From contig JBLWXP010000001.1 in the NCBI GenBank assembly GCA_048267405.1, positions 20,184-84,183 on the forward strand: DNA of 64,000 nucleotides, written 5' to 3'. The DNA comes from Balneola sp. (GTDB lineage Bacteria > Bacteroidota > Rhodothermia > Balneolales > Balneolaceae). Both the position numbers and the translations under genes were made by a program. Below, in pieces: positions 39,075 to 48,468 of the stretch; positions within the stretch are counted from its first letter, which is position 1; every line of letters starts with the position of its first letter. The notes beneath the pieces are model-generated. The model saw only the letters and a list, made by a program, of their open reading frames with translations. It searched no databases and was not told the origin of the DNA.

Positions 39075-39121
39075 CTATTCGATACTTGCTTTGTAACGTA
39101 AAAAAACCAAGTATCGAATAG
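39075..39121. repeat. 14-bp perfect inverted repeat between convergent genes
   Basis: CTATTCGATACTTG-(19 nt)-CAAGTATCGAATAG. No adjacent U-run on either strand. Confidence 0.5.
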
Positions 39122-39158
39122 ATAAATATTCGCAGCTACAATAATTAAATTAGATCAC

Positions 39159-40415
39159 TCAGCGTAGTTTATCGAGTATTTCTGTTAACGAAAGTTGAGC
39201 TTCTTCACTTTCATTCATGTTTCTAAGAGTGAACTTATTGTTCTCAAGTTCGTTATCTCCCACAATAATAGTGTATCTAGCATTTTCTCTATTTGCGTCT
39301 TTCATTTGAGCTTTCATAGAACGACCTAAGTAGTCCATGGTAGCAGAAATGCCTGAATCTCTAAAGGTAGAAAGGTTTGTTATTCCCCAGTGTTTTGCGG
39401 CGTCACCAAGAGTTACAATATAAACATCCACTGTTTTAGCAGGTGCTAGTGATATGTCTAACTCTTCGCAAGCAATCAATAGGCGCTCCATGCCAGCAGC
39501 AAAGCCAACGGCTGGGGTTGGTAAACCTCCGATTTCTTCAACTAACAAGTCATAACGTCCACCACCAGCTAGTGCGTCTTGAGAGCCAAGGTCTGGGCTT
39601 GTTAACTCAAATGCTGTGCGTGTGTAGTAATCCATTCCCCTAACCAAAAGAGGGTCGATGGTGTATTCAATATCTAAAGCAGAAAGTAACTCACAAACTT
39701 TCTTGAAGTGAGCAGCAGAATCGTCATTTAAATAGTCGCCAATAATTGGAGCGTTTTTGATAATGGGTTTATCCTCGGGCTCTTTTGAATCAAGAATACG
39801 CATTGGGTTTTTCTCCAATCTAGTTTTAGAAAGCTCGCTAAGCTTGTCGAAATTTGGAAGCAAATACTCTTTCAAAACTTCTTTATAACGCTCGCGGCTT
39901 TCAGGATCGCCTACAGAGTTGAGTTTTAAATTGAAGTTCTTAACGCCAATTCGTTTGTAGATTTGCATCATAAATGCAATGCATTCTACATCTGCAATTG
40001 GATTGTCGCTCCCAATAATTTCAACTCCAAATTGATGAAACTGTCGTTGACGACCTTTTTGAGGTCGCTCTGCGCGGAACATCGGGCCGATATAGTAAAG
40101 TTTTTGGGCTCCACCGCGCTGTTGCATGTGATGTTCTACAAAAGCACGCACTACAGGCGCTGTTAATTCAGGACGTAGCACATAGTTACTGTCGCCCTTG
40201 GTAAATGCGAAAATCTCTTTGGTAACAATATCGGTAAGTTGGCCAATACCTCGCTTAATTAGTTCCGTTTGTTCCATAATTGGAGTACGGATTTCTTCAA
40301 AATTAAACTTAGCTGCTTCTTCGTGGATGATAGCTTCAAGAGCGCGCCATTTTTCAACTTCTCCAGGGAGAATATCAACCATTCCAAGATGTGTAGTGTA
40401 CTTTGCCTTAGCCAT
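39159..40415 (-). CDS. hisS: histidine--tRNA ligase
   Basis: 418 aa. Class II motifs are present (YYIGPMFRAERPQKGRQRQFHQ, GGGRYD, GFAAGMERL). Confidence 0.95.
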   Translation of the reverse strand: MAKAKYTTHLGMVDILPGEVEKWRALEAIIHEEAAKFNFEEIRTPIMEQTELIKRGIGQLTDIVTKEIFAFTKGDSNYVLRPELTAPVVRAFVEHHMQQRGGAQKLYYIGPMFRAERPQKGRQRQFHQFGVEIIGSDNPIADVECIAFMMQIYKRIGVKNFNLKLNSVGDPESRERYKEVLKEYLLPNFDKLSELSKTRLEKNPMRILDSKEPEDKPIIKNAPIIGDYLNDDSAAHFKKVCELLSALDIEYTIDPLLVRGMDYYTRTAFELTSPDLGSQDALAGGGRYDLLVEEIGGLPTPAVGFAAGMERLLIACEELDISLAPAKTVDVYIVTLGDAAKHWGITNLSTFRDSGISATMDYLGRSMKAQMKDANRENARYTIIVGDNELENNKFTLRNMNESEEAQLSLTEILDKLR

Positions 40416-40501
40416 ATATTACTTCAAATCGATAAAAAATTAGATTGATTAAGATACGAGTAGCCAAGGAGAGTTTCTCCCTAGCCCACGAAAAATAAAA
40501 A

Positions 40502-42220
40502 TTAGTTTTTAAGAAATAGATTGGCTGTTAAAAGTGCTGAAACTGCATTCATCATTGAAACAGGATCGCCTTGATTGAATACCTTTTTAGTCATGCTTCT
40601 AAGCTCGTCGTCTTCAATTAAATGAATATGCTTATCGAACAGCTTCTTATAAAAGGCGGTGAGTTCAGGTTTCTCGTTGAACCAGACATTAAATGGATTC
40701 ATGTTATCATATTGTTTACCAAACTTAGAGTAAACTTTATTCAGTACTCTTTTCTTAAAAAAAGCAACCTCGGTTCGAAGGAATGAAGAAGGCTTTACCC
40801 CTGTTTTCTGCCAAGGGAAATTCGCAATTTTAGGGTGTTTACTGTTAAACCAATCTAAATATATGCGTTGCCCTTTTTTGAACTCTTTAGGGATATTAAG
40901 ACAAAATTGAAGGAGCTCTCTGTCGTAAAATGGGGATGCAGAGTCTATAAGATGTGTCGTCATTCTATCGCCATTAAGAGTCCCATTAAATTGACGTTGC
41001 TCATATGAAAACATCTCAGGTCCTTGCTCATAATCATAACGTTTTATTAAGTCATCGATGAACGAGATGGATTTAATAATCTCCGAGTTGTTTACAAAAC
41101 CATAATTTCCAATGGTTGAAAGTGAAATTGGAAGTTTATTTGAATATGAGCCAAACACAACATCTCCGATTTGGCCAGAATGAGCTAACCCAAAGCTTGT
41201 GAGGTCAAACTTTTCTAAAGACGACATCGCGTGCGAAGCCCCTATCAAAGTCGCCACCCCATCATTTGCAGATATATTTTGATACATATCATTTAGCAAA
41301 TAATCGCCATTAAGAGGAACGTGTGAATGTTTGAAGCCTAAATCCCTAGCAATTTTATCAGCAATAACATGATCTGTAGATTTTGGATCAGAAAATGTAA
41401 GTCCCAATCCAGTTTTATAACCAAACTCATCAGCAAGCATTAGGTTTACACGAGAATCTAGCCCACCGCTTATGAAGGCAAAATGTGGATAGTTATACTC
41501 TACGTCTTTCTCCCACTCTTGGGTTACAGCTTTGCAAATTAAGGTGTCAACGCGTTCAACTATATCATTTTTTTTAGTTGAGTCGATATTGAGAGAATAA
41601 GTGAAATATTTTTTCTGGATAAGTTTGTTGGAGGAGATGTCCAATTCTAAAAAGCTAGCATATGGCAGTTTTCTAGCTTCATTGATAGGTGTGTTATCAT
41701 CAAGTAAATACCCAAATGTGAGTAATGACTTATAAGCGTCATGATCTAATGTAGGTGATAGATTTAACTCGACAAGTAGCGATGAAATAAGTTTTGCTTC
41801 TGAAGAAAAGCAGAAAAAGCCATTATCTCCTTGATGGTAGTACAATGCTTTAGAAGAAACATTATCTGTGAATACAAAAAGTTTCTGCAAAACCTTGTCA
41901 AGAATAAACCCAGAAAACTGTCCCTTTAATTCATTCAAAAAGCTTATGCCGTTTCTCTTATAAGCCTTTATAATGTACTCTTCTGTTGACAATCCGTTCT
42001 TATTATTATAAAGAACACCTTCAATCCCAATGGCATAATCGTCTAGGTCGGACAGTACTCGGTCGTTAGTGAATTTATTTAAAACAGACCTTCCAAATAT
42101 GAAGTTGTCCGTTTCAAATTCTTCGTTAATGATATTTGCACTAGTGTAACTATGAAAATGTTGGAATTGGTTTTTACTAATCGGCTTGTTTGCCGAAACA
42201 ATTCCATAAATACCAGCCAT
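40502..42220 (-). CDS. asparagine synthase (AsnB)-family amidotransferase-like protein lacking the N-terminal Cys nucleophile
   Basis: 572 aa. The N-terminus is MAGIYGIV where the family has MCGI; codon 2 is GCT at 42215-42217 on the minus strand. The PP-loop FISGGLDSR is intact. Confidence 0.8.
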   Translation of the reverse strand: MAGIYGIVSANKPISKNQFQHFHSYTSANIINEEFETDNFIFGRSVLNKFTNDRVLSDLDDYAIGIEGVLYNNKNGLSTEEYIIKAYKRNGISFLNELKGQFSGFILDKVLQKLFVFTDNVSSKALYYHQGDNGFFCFSSEAKLISSLLVELNLSPTLDHDAYKSLLTFGYLLDDNTPINEARKLPYASFLELDISSNKLIQKKYFTYSLNIDSTKKNDIVERVDTLICKAVTQEWEKDVEYNYPHFAFISGGLDSRVNLMLADEFGYKTGLGLTFSDPKSTDHVIADKIARDLGFKHSHVPLNGDYLLNDMYQNISANDGVATLIGASHAMSSLEKFDLTSFGLAHSGQIGDVVFGSYSNKLPISLSTIGNYGFVNNSEIIKSISFIDDLIKRYDYEQGPEMFSYEQRQFNGTLNGDRMTTHLIDSASPFYDRELLQFCLNIPKEFKKGQRIYLDWFNSKHPKIANFPWQKTGVKPSSFLRTEVAFFKKRVLNKVYSKFGKQYDNMNPFNVWFNEKPELTAFYKKLFDKHIHLIEDDELRSMTKKVFNQGDPVSMMNAVSALLTANLFLKN

Positions 42221-42223
42221 AAA

Positions 42224-43483
42224 TTATACGTCAGAATTTTTTGAGATTTGTAGAACCCAAAATAAGACATATAACTGTACAAAAAAGCCCACCAAGCTAA
42301 AAAGAGAGATTGCAATTATGGCATCAAAAAATAAACTTCCTATTAACAAAGCCGCTGCACGTAATACTAGATAACAAATATCGATTATAAAGGCTTTTCG
42401 TTGTCTGTTTAATAACATGGGAATAAATGTTATTGGGGTGAGAACAAATACCAAATATAAATAAGGGGCTAAGATTTGAGAATATACACCTGCTTCAATC
42501 CACTCCTTACCAAAAACGAAACCAAATATTTGAGGGGAAAATACGAGTAGAATTAAGAAAGGAAGAATACCTACAAGTGCAATCTGCTTTATAGCCTTTA
42601 ATGTGGTGGGATAAATATTTTTTCCCTGATTGTACTGTTCAGAGATTGATTGACTAAACACTTGATGGACTGAGGCAGAAAGTAGACGTATAGGAGTAAA
42701 GCATATTCTTGTACTAAATGCATATGCACCTGTTACTGCGGGGGTAAAGAAGCTACTAAGCAACAACTGAGGGAGATTGCTTGAAGTAGTATTTGTGAAA
42801 GAGTGTGGAGCACTATACTTCGGAAAATCTGAATATAGAAGAGCTAATTTTTTAAATAATGACTTTTTATAACGTTGTGAGAATAAAGTCGTTTTTTTTA
42901 ATGCAAAATATCCAAAAACAAGAGTTCCAAAAGTGGAACCAAAAATAAAACCAGAGGTTAGCCCAGAGCTAGAATAATTATAAAGGCTGAGTTGAGCACC
43001 AGGTACTGAGGCTGTCTTTATTACATTACTTCCAGAAATTGCTTTGAACCTTTTCTTTCGAATTAACTGATAATTAAATATCTGAGTTAGCGATAGCATG
43101 AATACTGTAAAAGGTACTAGATAGAGAAAAATACGAGGAAGTTGCCCTTCAAAATTTAGGGTGTTGGCTATCCAATCATCAAAAATAAGTATAATAAATA
43201 GAAATATTATACAGCATATAAAGCTCGTAATAATAGAAAGGAGAACAAGGTAGTTCGCTCGGGACTCACTTTTTGGGAGTAAAATAGCCAGCTCAAATTT
43301 GCCAGTGCTAAACGAAGATAGAATAAGGGATAAGGAAATAAAAACAGCTAAAGCCCCAAATTCATCAGGGGTAAAAAGTCTGGATAAAATGGGAGTAATT
43401 ATAACGGGAATAGCGCTAGCAATTGTGCTACCTCCAACCAGAGTAATTACGTTTTTATAAAATTCAGAGAATTTTAAATTCAT
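42224..43483 (-). CDS. oligosaccharide flippase family protein (Wzx/MOP-type)
   Basis: 419 aa with about 12 TM helices. The N-terminus FYKNVITLVGGSTIASAIPVIITPILSRLFTPDEFG is typical of the Polysacc_synt family. Confidence 0.75.
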   Translation of the reverse strand: MNLKFSEFYKNVITLVGGSTIASAIPVIITPILSRLFTPDEFGALAVFISLSLILSSFSTGKFELAILLPKSESRANYLVLLSIITSFICCIIFLFIILIFDDWIANTLNFEGQLPRIFLYLVPFTVFMLSLTQIFNYQLIRKKRFKAISGSNVIKTASVPGAQLSLYNYSSSGLTSGFIFGSTFGTLVFGYFALKKTTLFSQRYKKSLFKKLALLYSDFPKYSAPHSFTNTTSSNLPQLLLSSFFTPAVTGAYAFSTRICFTPIRLLSASVHQVFSQSISEQYNQGKNIYPTTLKAIKQIALVGILPFLILLVFSPQIFGFVFGKEWIEAGVYSQILAPYLYLVFVLTPITFIPMLLNRQRKAFIIDICYLVLRAAALLIGSLFFDAIIAISLFSLVGFFVQLYVLFWVLQISKNSDV

Positions 43484-43532
43484 TTAAGAAGATACCTTAT
43501 TTAGGAGGTGTAAATCAGTAGAGTTTCTAAGT

Positions 43533-45023
43533 TCATTTAACAATAAGCTGCTTTGCTCTTGCAGTGATTTCTAAAACCAGATTATTAATCTCATCAGAGA
43601 CTTTAAAATAAAATATTAAACCTGTATAGCAGATTGATATAAAAGTTGAACGAATTATGATGTCCACGTATATGCTAGATAGGTAAGGAATGAAAGTGGA
43701 TAGAAACAGTACCATTAAACTGATTACTAAAAGCCCGAAAATTTTAGAGGAAAGTGGTTGCATCGAAAATTTTCTCCAAACAAATATCCCTTTAATAAGG
43801 TTATAAATGGAAAGGGATAATAATGTAGCAAAGGCAGCTCCTGAAACACCAAAGAGTGGGATAAAGATATAGTTTAACCCTACAGATATAATTATTAAAA
43901 GAAAAATCGTGTATAAATCAAATCTATAGTATTTAGAGTTTAAAATAATAGTACCGTTAACGCCAGCTGCCATATCTATTAATTTAGAAACGCCAATTAT
44001 TATCATAGTCCACTTCCCAGAAGAGTAAGTGTCGGGTAGAATTCTGAACAAATTGTCAAGATTTGCAACAATACCTATGAGAATTAAGAATCCAATAGTT
44101 AGTTGAGTAAGTGACGAGTTCTTATAAATTCTATTGATTTCAGTATAGTTTTCTTCTTTAAGGAACTTTGCGATTAAGGTTGGGGCAATTTTATTAATCG
44201 ATTTTTGAGGAATTACAATAACACTTCCCACATAAAACGCCACAGTATAAATGGCAACACTAGTTAAATCTGTTAGAGAGCCCAACATTATGACATCGAT
44301 ATTACTTACTAAAATTACGGAAATACCACCTAATAGGGCATAAAGACCATAACTAGAGATGTCTTTAATTAGTTTTTTTGATATAAAACTAAAGGAAGGT
44401 TTTAAATGAAACTCATCTACAACTATTAAGTTGATAATCAGGATTAACGGAAGCAGCCCGTAGCTACACACAAAAATAATAATAAACGTTTTGAAGCTGA
44501 TAGCTCCAAAAGAGTAAACTAGGAGTAATATGATTCCTGCTACTCGTATTAATATCTCATTTACTAGAGAACCAGGAATAGAACTACCTAGTGCTCTGGT
44601 GTAACTATCTAATACCGAATAGTAAAGAACAAAAAATACTAGAGGGATTACATACCAATAATAGTCGATAAAAAGCGAGGGGGATGAATCAAAGAACTGA
44701 ATTATAGCGCTATCTAACAGTACATATAGAATAGTAAATAAGGCGAATCCGATTAAAGGGATTACCATAACAAAGAATAGTAAACCATTATGCCCTTTTT
44801 CTTTATCTTCAAAAAAAGGAAAGTATCTAATGGGTATGTTTTTGATTCCTAGGTGAGCAAACTGCGAGAATACAAACGAAATTGAAATCAAAAGCCTAGT
44901 AAGCCCGTATTGATCTGGTTGGAGAATTCTTGGATATAAATAAATAGTGGTTATAAAGCCCAACGCAATACCAATGTAGGTAATGATGCTGTTTATGATG
45001 CTTTGCGTTTTAATAATTCCCAA
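43533..45023 (-). CDS. second oligosaccharide/polysaccharide flippase family protein (Wzx/MOP-type)
   Basis: 496 aa with about 14 TM helices. The N-terminus INSIITYIGIALGFITTIYLYPRILQPDQYGL is typical of PST/MOP exporters. Confidence 0.75.
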   Translation of the reverse strand: MGIIKTQSIINSIITYIGIALGFITTIYLYPRILQPDQYGLTRLLISISFVFSQFAHLGIKNIPIRYFPFFEDKEKGHNGLLFFVMVIPLIGFALFTILYVLLDSAIIQFFDSSPSLFIDYYWYVIPLVFFVLYYSVLDSYTRALGSSIPGSLVNEILIRVAGIILLLVYSFGAISFKTFIIIFVCSYGLLPLILIINLIVVDEFHLKPSFSFISKKLIKDISSYGLYALLGGISVILVSNIDVIMLGSLTDLTSVAIYTVAFYVGSVIVIPQKSINKIAPTLIAKFLKEENYTEINRIYKNSSLTQLTIGFLILIGIVANLDNLFRILPDTYSSGKWTMIIIGVSKLIDMAAGVNGTIILNSKYYRFDLYTIFLLIIISVGLNYIFIPLFGVSGAAFATLLSLSIYNLIKGIFVWRKFSMQPLSSKIFGLLVISLMVLFLSTFIPYLSSIYVDIIIRSTFISICYTGLIFYFKVSDEINNLVLEITARAKQLIVK

Positions 45024-45097
45024 GAAAATCCCACTTATAGCAATTTAAATTCATTATTTTTCCAAAAAATCATAGCTAGCAAATTACTAAAAATTAT

Positions 45098-46210
45098 ATG
45101 CAAAAAGAGCAGGAAAATACGTATCAAATTTTTGGCAGAAATGTGAAGTTAATTTGTTTAGATGAAGATCTTAGTACATATATAAATGAAGAGCTTTCTC
45201 TCTACAAGTCAGAAAATAGCGATGATAGTGATTTAACTATATCGATATTAGAAGAACTACCTGAGGTTTCAGGTTCGAGAAATCCGAAAAGTCATTTCGA
45301 AGATAACCAGTCCATTTTAGTGAAAAATAAACAAGCGGATATACTTTTTCGGTTTAAGAACAATACTCTCGAAGAGATTCTATTTAGCTTGAACAAACCA
45401 GCGGGTTTTCTGAAAGGTCGTGTTCAGAAGTTCTTACATATGGGTAATAGGAATCGGATAGAAAGAGTTGGGCAAATATTACACGAACTGGTGCTCACTT
45501 CATTTGGGTTCTTTTTTTCTGACACTATTCCCGTGCATAGTTCGGGTTTAAGTATCAGAGATAAGGTGGTTTTGTTTGGAGGGACTGGAGGAGTAGGAAA
45601 AACATCGTTGGAGCTTGAGCTGTGCTTAAAGGAAGGCGCTGAATTTATTGCGGATGACATTGCAATGATTTCTAAAGAGGGTAAAGTTTATCCTAATTAT
45701 AGTTACCCTAAAATTTATGGGTACAATGTAGAAGGTGATGAGGAACTCAAAAAGAGACTATTCCCAAAATTTAATTTTCTAGAGTCTTTTCATTGGTGGT
45801 TTCATTATAAAATGGGGCCGAACAAAGTTAGAAGAAGACTATCTCCTGATCGCCTTTTTAATCATATTTCCAAAGAACCAAAAAGATTAACTAATTATTA
45901 TATACTAAGTGCCTACCATGGCCACGAGATTGAAACAGAAGTTTTAGATCCAGAAATTTCAGCCAACATTACTACAGATATTATTGAAACTGAGTTTTCT
46001 TTTCTTCTATCGCACCTTAGTTTTCATAGATTGAATGCAAAAGTAAATAACATGCCCCCGTTATTTTTAAAAGAAATAATATTAGAAAGGTGGAAGGCAC
46101 AATTAGAAACAATCTTCAAAAACGTGGAATGTACATTAGTAAAAATTCCAATAGGGATGGAACACGCTAAGTTTAAAAAAGATATGGTAGACTTGATTTT
46201 AAAGGACTAA
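45098..46210 (+). CDS. HPr kinase/phosphorylase-like P-loop protein (catalytic-core similarity only)
   Basis: 370 aa. Residues 147-187 read HSSGLSIRDKVVLFGGTGGVGKTSLELELCLKEGAEFIADD. This matches the HprK C-domain pattern H-x13-G-x-x-G-x-GK[ST]-x15/16-[VI]ADD. The rest of the protein is unrecognised. Confidence 0.55.
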   Translation: MQKEQENTYQIFGRNVKLICLDEDLSTYINEELSLYKSENSDDSDLTISILEELPEVSGSRNPKSHFEDNQSILVKNKQADILFRFKNNTLEEILFSLNKPAGFLKGRVQKFLHMGNRNRIERVGQILHELVLTSFGFFFSDTIPVHSSGLSIRDKVVLFGGTGGVGKTSLELELCLKEGAEFIADDIAMISKEGKVYPNYSYPKIYGYNVEGDEELKKRLFPKFNFLESFHWWFHYKMGPNKVRRRLSPDRLFNHISKEPKRLTNYYILSAYHGHEIETEVLDPEISANITTDIIETEFSFLLSHLSFHRLNAKVNNMPPLFLKEIILERWKAQLETIFKNVECTLVKIPIGMEHAKFKKDMVDLILKD

Positions 46211-46212
46211 AT

Positions 46213-47307
46213 CTAGGTAAGATGTGAGTTGATTTCTTTAAGCAGAGTACGCTTTCTCTTTTCTAACGAAAAATTCTGTTCTATTCGGTTACGGCATTTA
46301 TTTCTTAAATCAGTATCTCCGCTATGTGCCTTTACTATTAAATCTGCAATGAGTTCAGGGTTCGGAGCCTCCGCAATATATCCACATTTTTCGATCCCAT
46401 TAGGAATACCAAAAACGGGGCTACCAACAGGTATACATCTACACATCATAGCTTCACAAAGCACGTTAGGTAGTCCTTCCGCCTTAGATAATTGTAAATA
46501 AACTGAAGTTGAACAATAGATTTCGTTGAGTTTACTTCGTTCTAATGGAGGGATAAATTCAATGTTATTAGAAGGGGTAAACTCTGACTTTATTATTTCG
46601 ATTAAGCTATCCGTAGGTCCAACTATAATAAAATGAAAATCAGGTAGTAATTTCGCAGATTCAATAAGAATATCAAGTCCTTTTCTCTTAGCAACTTGTA
46701 AGCTAGAGCATGCCGCGACGGTTGAAACAATTTTATTTCTTTTATCAGGGCCTATTTCCCAAACAGTTGACTCATAACCTGTGGGAACTACAACAAATGG
46801 AGTGCTAAAATTTTTAATATTATTCTTTAGTCCGTTAGGGTGTGCATCAGGCCAGTTTTGAGCGATTGCAGTGGTTTCGATTAAAGAAAGGTCAACCGGA
46901 AAGAGAAGTGTAGTTCTATTTATAGCATAGGTGCTGGTTTTACTTCTAAATGGATCCATGTAAATGCCGTAGTTTAGGTGAGGCATTTTAATAGAGTCGG
47001 TGCCTCCAAGGACGGTGAACAATGGTTTGTTTGTCAAGCTAGAGAAAAAAGCAGGCAAAAAAGCGTGGTAATCTGCAAACCAGCAATAAAAAGCACTGCT
47101 TTTTGGAAGGTGCTTTACTATCCAAAAAAGCTGGATGGAGAAAGTAAGTAGGAGCTGGAGAAGTGTAAAGATTTTGTATTTCGATTTTTTAGGTCTGAAA
47201 TAAAAAATCTTAAGGTTAAAAGAGCCTTGAAGTATCTTAATATCTTCTTTCACAAACGAAGATTCTCCTAAATGGAAAAAAAGGATTGTGGGTTTAATAG
47301 AGCTCAT
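46213..47307 (-). CDS. glycosyltransferase family 4 (GT-B, group 1)
   Basis: 364 aa. The C-terminal GT1/GT4 signature is present (SKAEGLPNVLCEAMMCRCIPVGSPVFGIP). Confidence 0.8.
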   Translation of the reverse strand: MSSIKPTILFFHLGESSFVKEDIKILQGSFNLKIFYFRPKKSKYKIFTLLQLLLTFSIQLFWIVKHLPKSSAFYCWFADYHAFLPAFFSSLTNKPLFTVLGGTDSIKMPHLNYGIYMDPFRSKTSTYAINRTTLLFPVDLSLIETTAIAQNWPDAHPNGLKNNIKNFSTPFVVVPTGYESTVWEIGPDKRNKIVSTVAACSSLQVAKRKGLDILIESAKLLPDFHFIIVGPTDSLIEIIKSEFTPSNNIEFIPPLERSKLNEIYCSTSVYLQLSKAEGLPNVLCEAMMCRCIPVGSPVFGIPNGIEKCGYIAEAPNPELIADLIVKAHSGDTDLRNKCRNRIEQNFSLEKRKRTLLKEINSHLT

Positions 47308-47394
47308 TTCTTGATGATTTGTGGACTAAAGGGTTTCTAGTTAAAAAGCTTACTTTTGGGTAATACAAGTCTGGAGTTTTTTAAATCTGAATCC

Positions 47395-48468
47395 TCATGC
47401 AGTTCTATCTAAAAACTCTTTAACTATATTCGCAATCTGTGTTGCGGCAATTCCTGTTCCGTACAATGGTTTCCATGCAGAAGTTGGGAGGTGGTTTGCA
47501 GCATCAAGAATTCGTTGAGTATCCGCACCAACAAGTTGGTTCCATCCTTCAGCTAGTGTCTCTATCCATTCTGTTTCATCGCGAAGTGTGAGGCAGGGTT
47601 TCTGCATCCAATAAGCTTCTTTTTGTAATCCACCAGAATCAGTGAATACAAGTTTACAATGTTTGAGAAGAATCATCATCTCAAAATAAGAAACAGGCTC
47701 TAATAGAGTGACATTATCTGGGATGGAAAGTTCACTTAATCTTTGTTTGTTTCTAGGATGAACAGGCCAAAGAATTGGACTAGTAATATTGGAAAAAGCT
47801 TCCAGAATAGAATTTAAATGCTCTTTATTGTCAGTATTTGATGGGCGGTGAATAGTTGCTAAAATGAACTCCTCAGACATCAAGCTAGTAACATCTTCAA
47901 GCTGGAGTTTCTTTTCTGCAATTTTAGAGAAAGCTAGCACCGCATCATACATAACATCTCCTACGTTATGTACTCCTTTTGTAATTCCTTCTTTTTCCAG
48001 TTGCTCAACGCCAAACTCGGAGGAGCAAAACATGAGATCCGAAACATGATCGGTTAGGATACGATTTATTTCTTCTGGCATCTCACGGTTGAAACTTCGC
48101 AAACCAGCTTCAATGTGTAGTACTGGAATATGCAGTTTGGATGCTACAATTGCACCTGCTAGGGTGGAATTCGTGTCGCCATAAACCATTAACGCTGCGG
48201 GTTTCTCATCTGCACACAGAATATAATCTTCAATTTTTTGAAGCATTATTCCAGTTTGAGCGCCGTGATTTCTCGAACCAACTTCTAAATTAACACTCGG
48301 CGCAGGAATACCTAGCTCATCCCAAAATATAGAACTCATTTTGGGGTCGTAATGCTGGCCAGTGTGTATAATTTTTTCATTTATACCTGCTTTAGCTAGA
48401 GCTTTTGAAACTACGGCAGCTTTTACGAACTGAGGGCGTGCGCCTACTATGGTAAGGATGTAACTCAT
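47395..48468 (-). CDS. wecB: UDP-N-acetylglucosamine 2-epimerase (non-hydrolysing)
   Basis: 357 aa. Motifs seen: TIVGARPQFVKAA, HTGQHYD, VYGDTNSTLAGA, HIEAGLRS, TDSGGLQKEA. Confidence 0.9.
   Translation of the reverse strand: MSYILTIVGARPQFVKAAVVSKALAKAGINEKIIHTGQHYDPKMSSIFWDELGIPAPSVNLEVGSRNHGAQTGIMLQKIEDYILCADEKPAALMVYGDTNSTLAGAIVASKLHIPVLHIEAGLRSFNREMPEEINRILTDHVSDLMFCSSEFGVEQLEKEGITKGVHNVGDVMYDAVLAFSKIAEKKLQLEDVTSLMSEEFILATIHRPSNTDNKEHLNSILEAFSNITSPILWPVHPRNKQRLSELSIPDNVTLLEPVSYFEMMILLKHCKLVFTDSGGLQKEAYWMQKPCLTLRDETEWIETLAEGWNQLVGADTQRILDAANHLPTSAWKPLYGTGIAATQIANIVKEFLDRTA

Noticed and set aside
40502-46210. Possible lasso-peptide or RiPP cluster, because an AsnB-like (lasso-cyclase-like, Cys-less) gene and an HprK-like kinase occur together.
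   Set aside because: There is no transglutaminase-like leader peptidase, no PqqD/RRE protein and no plausible short precursor ORF in the tiny intergenic gaps. The genes between them are Wzx-type flippases, so a glycan context fits better.
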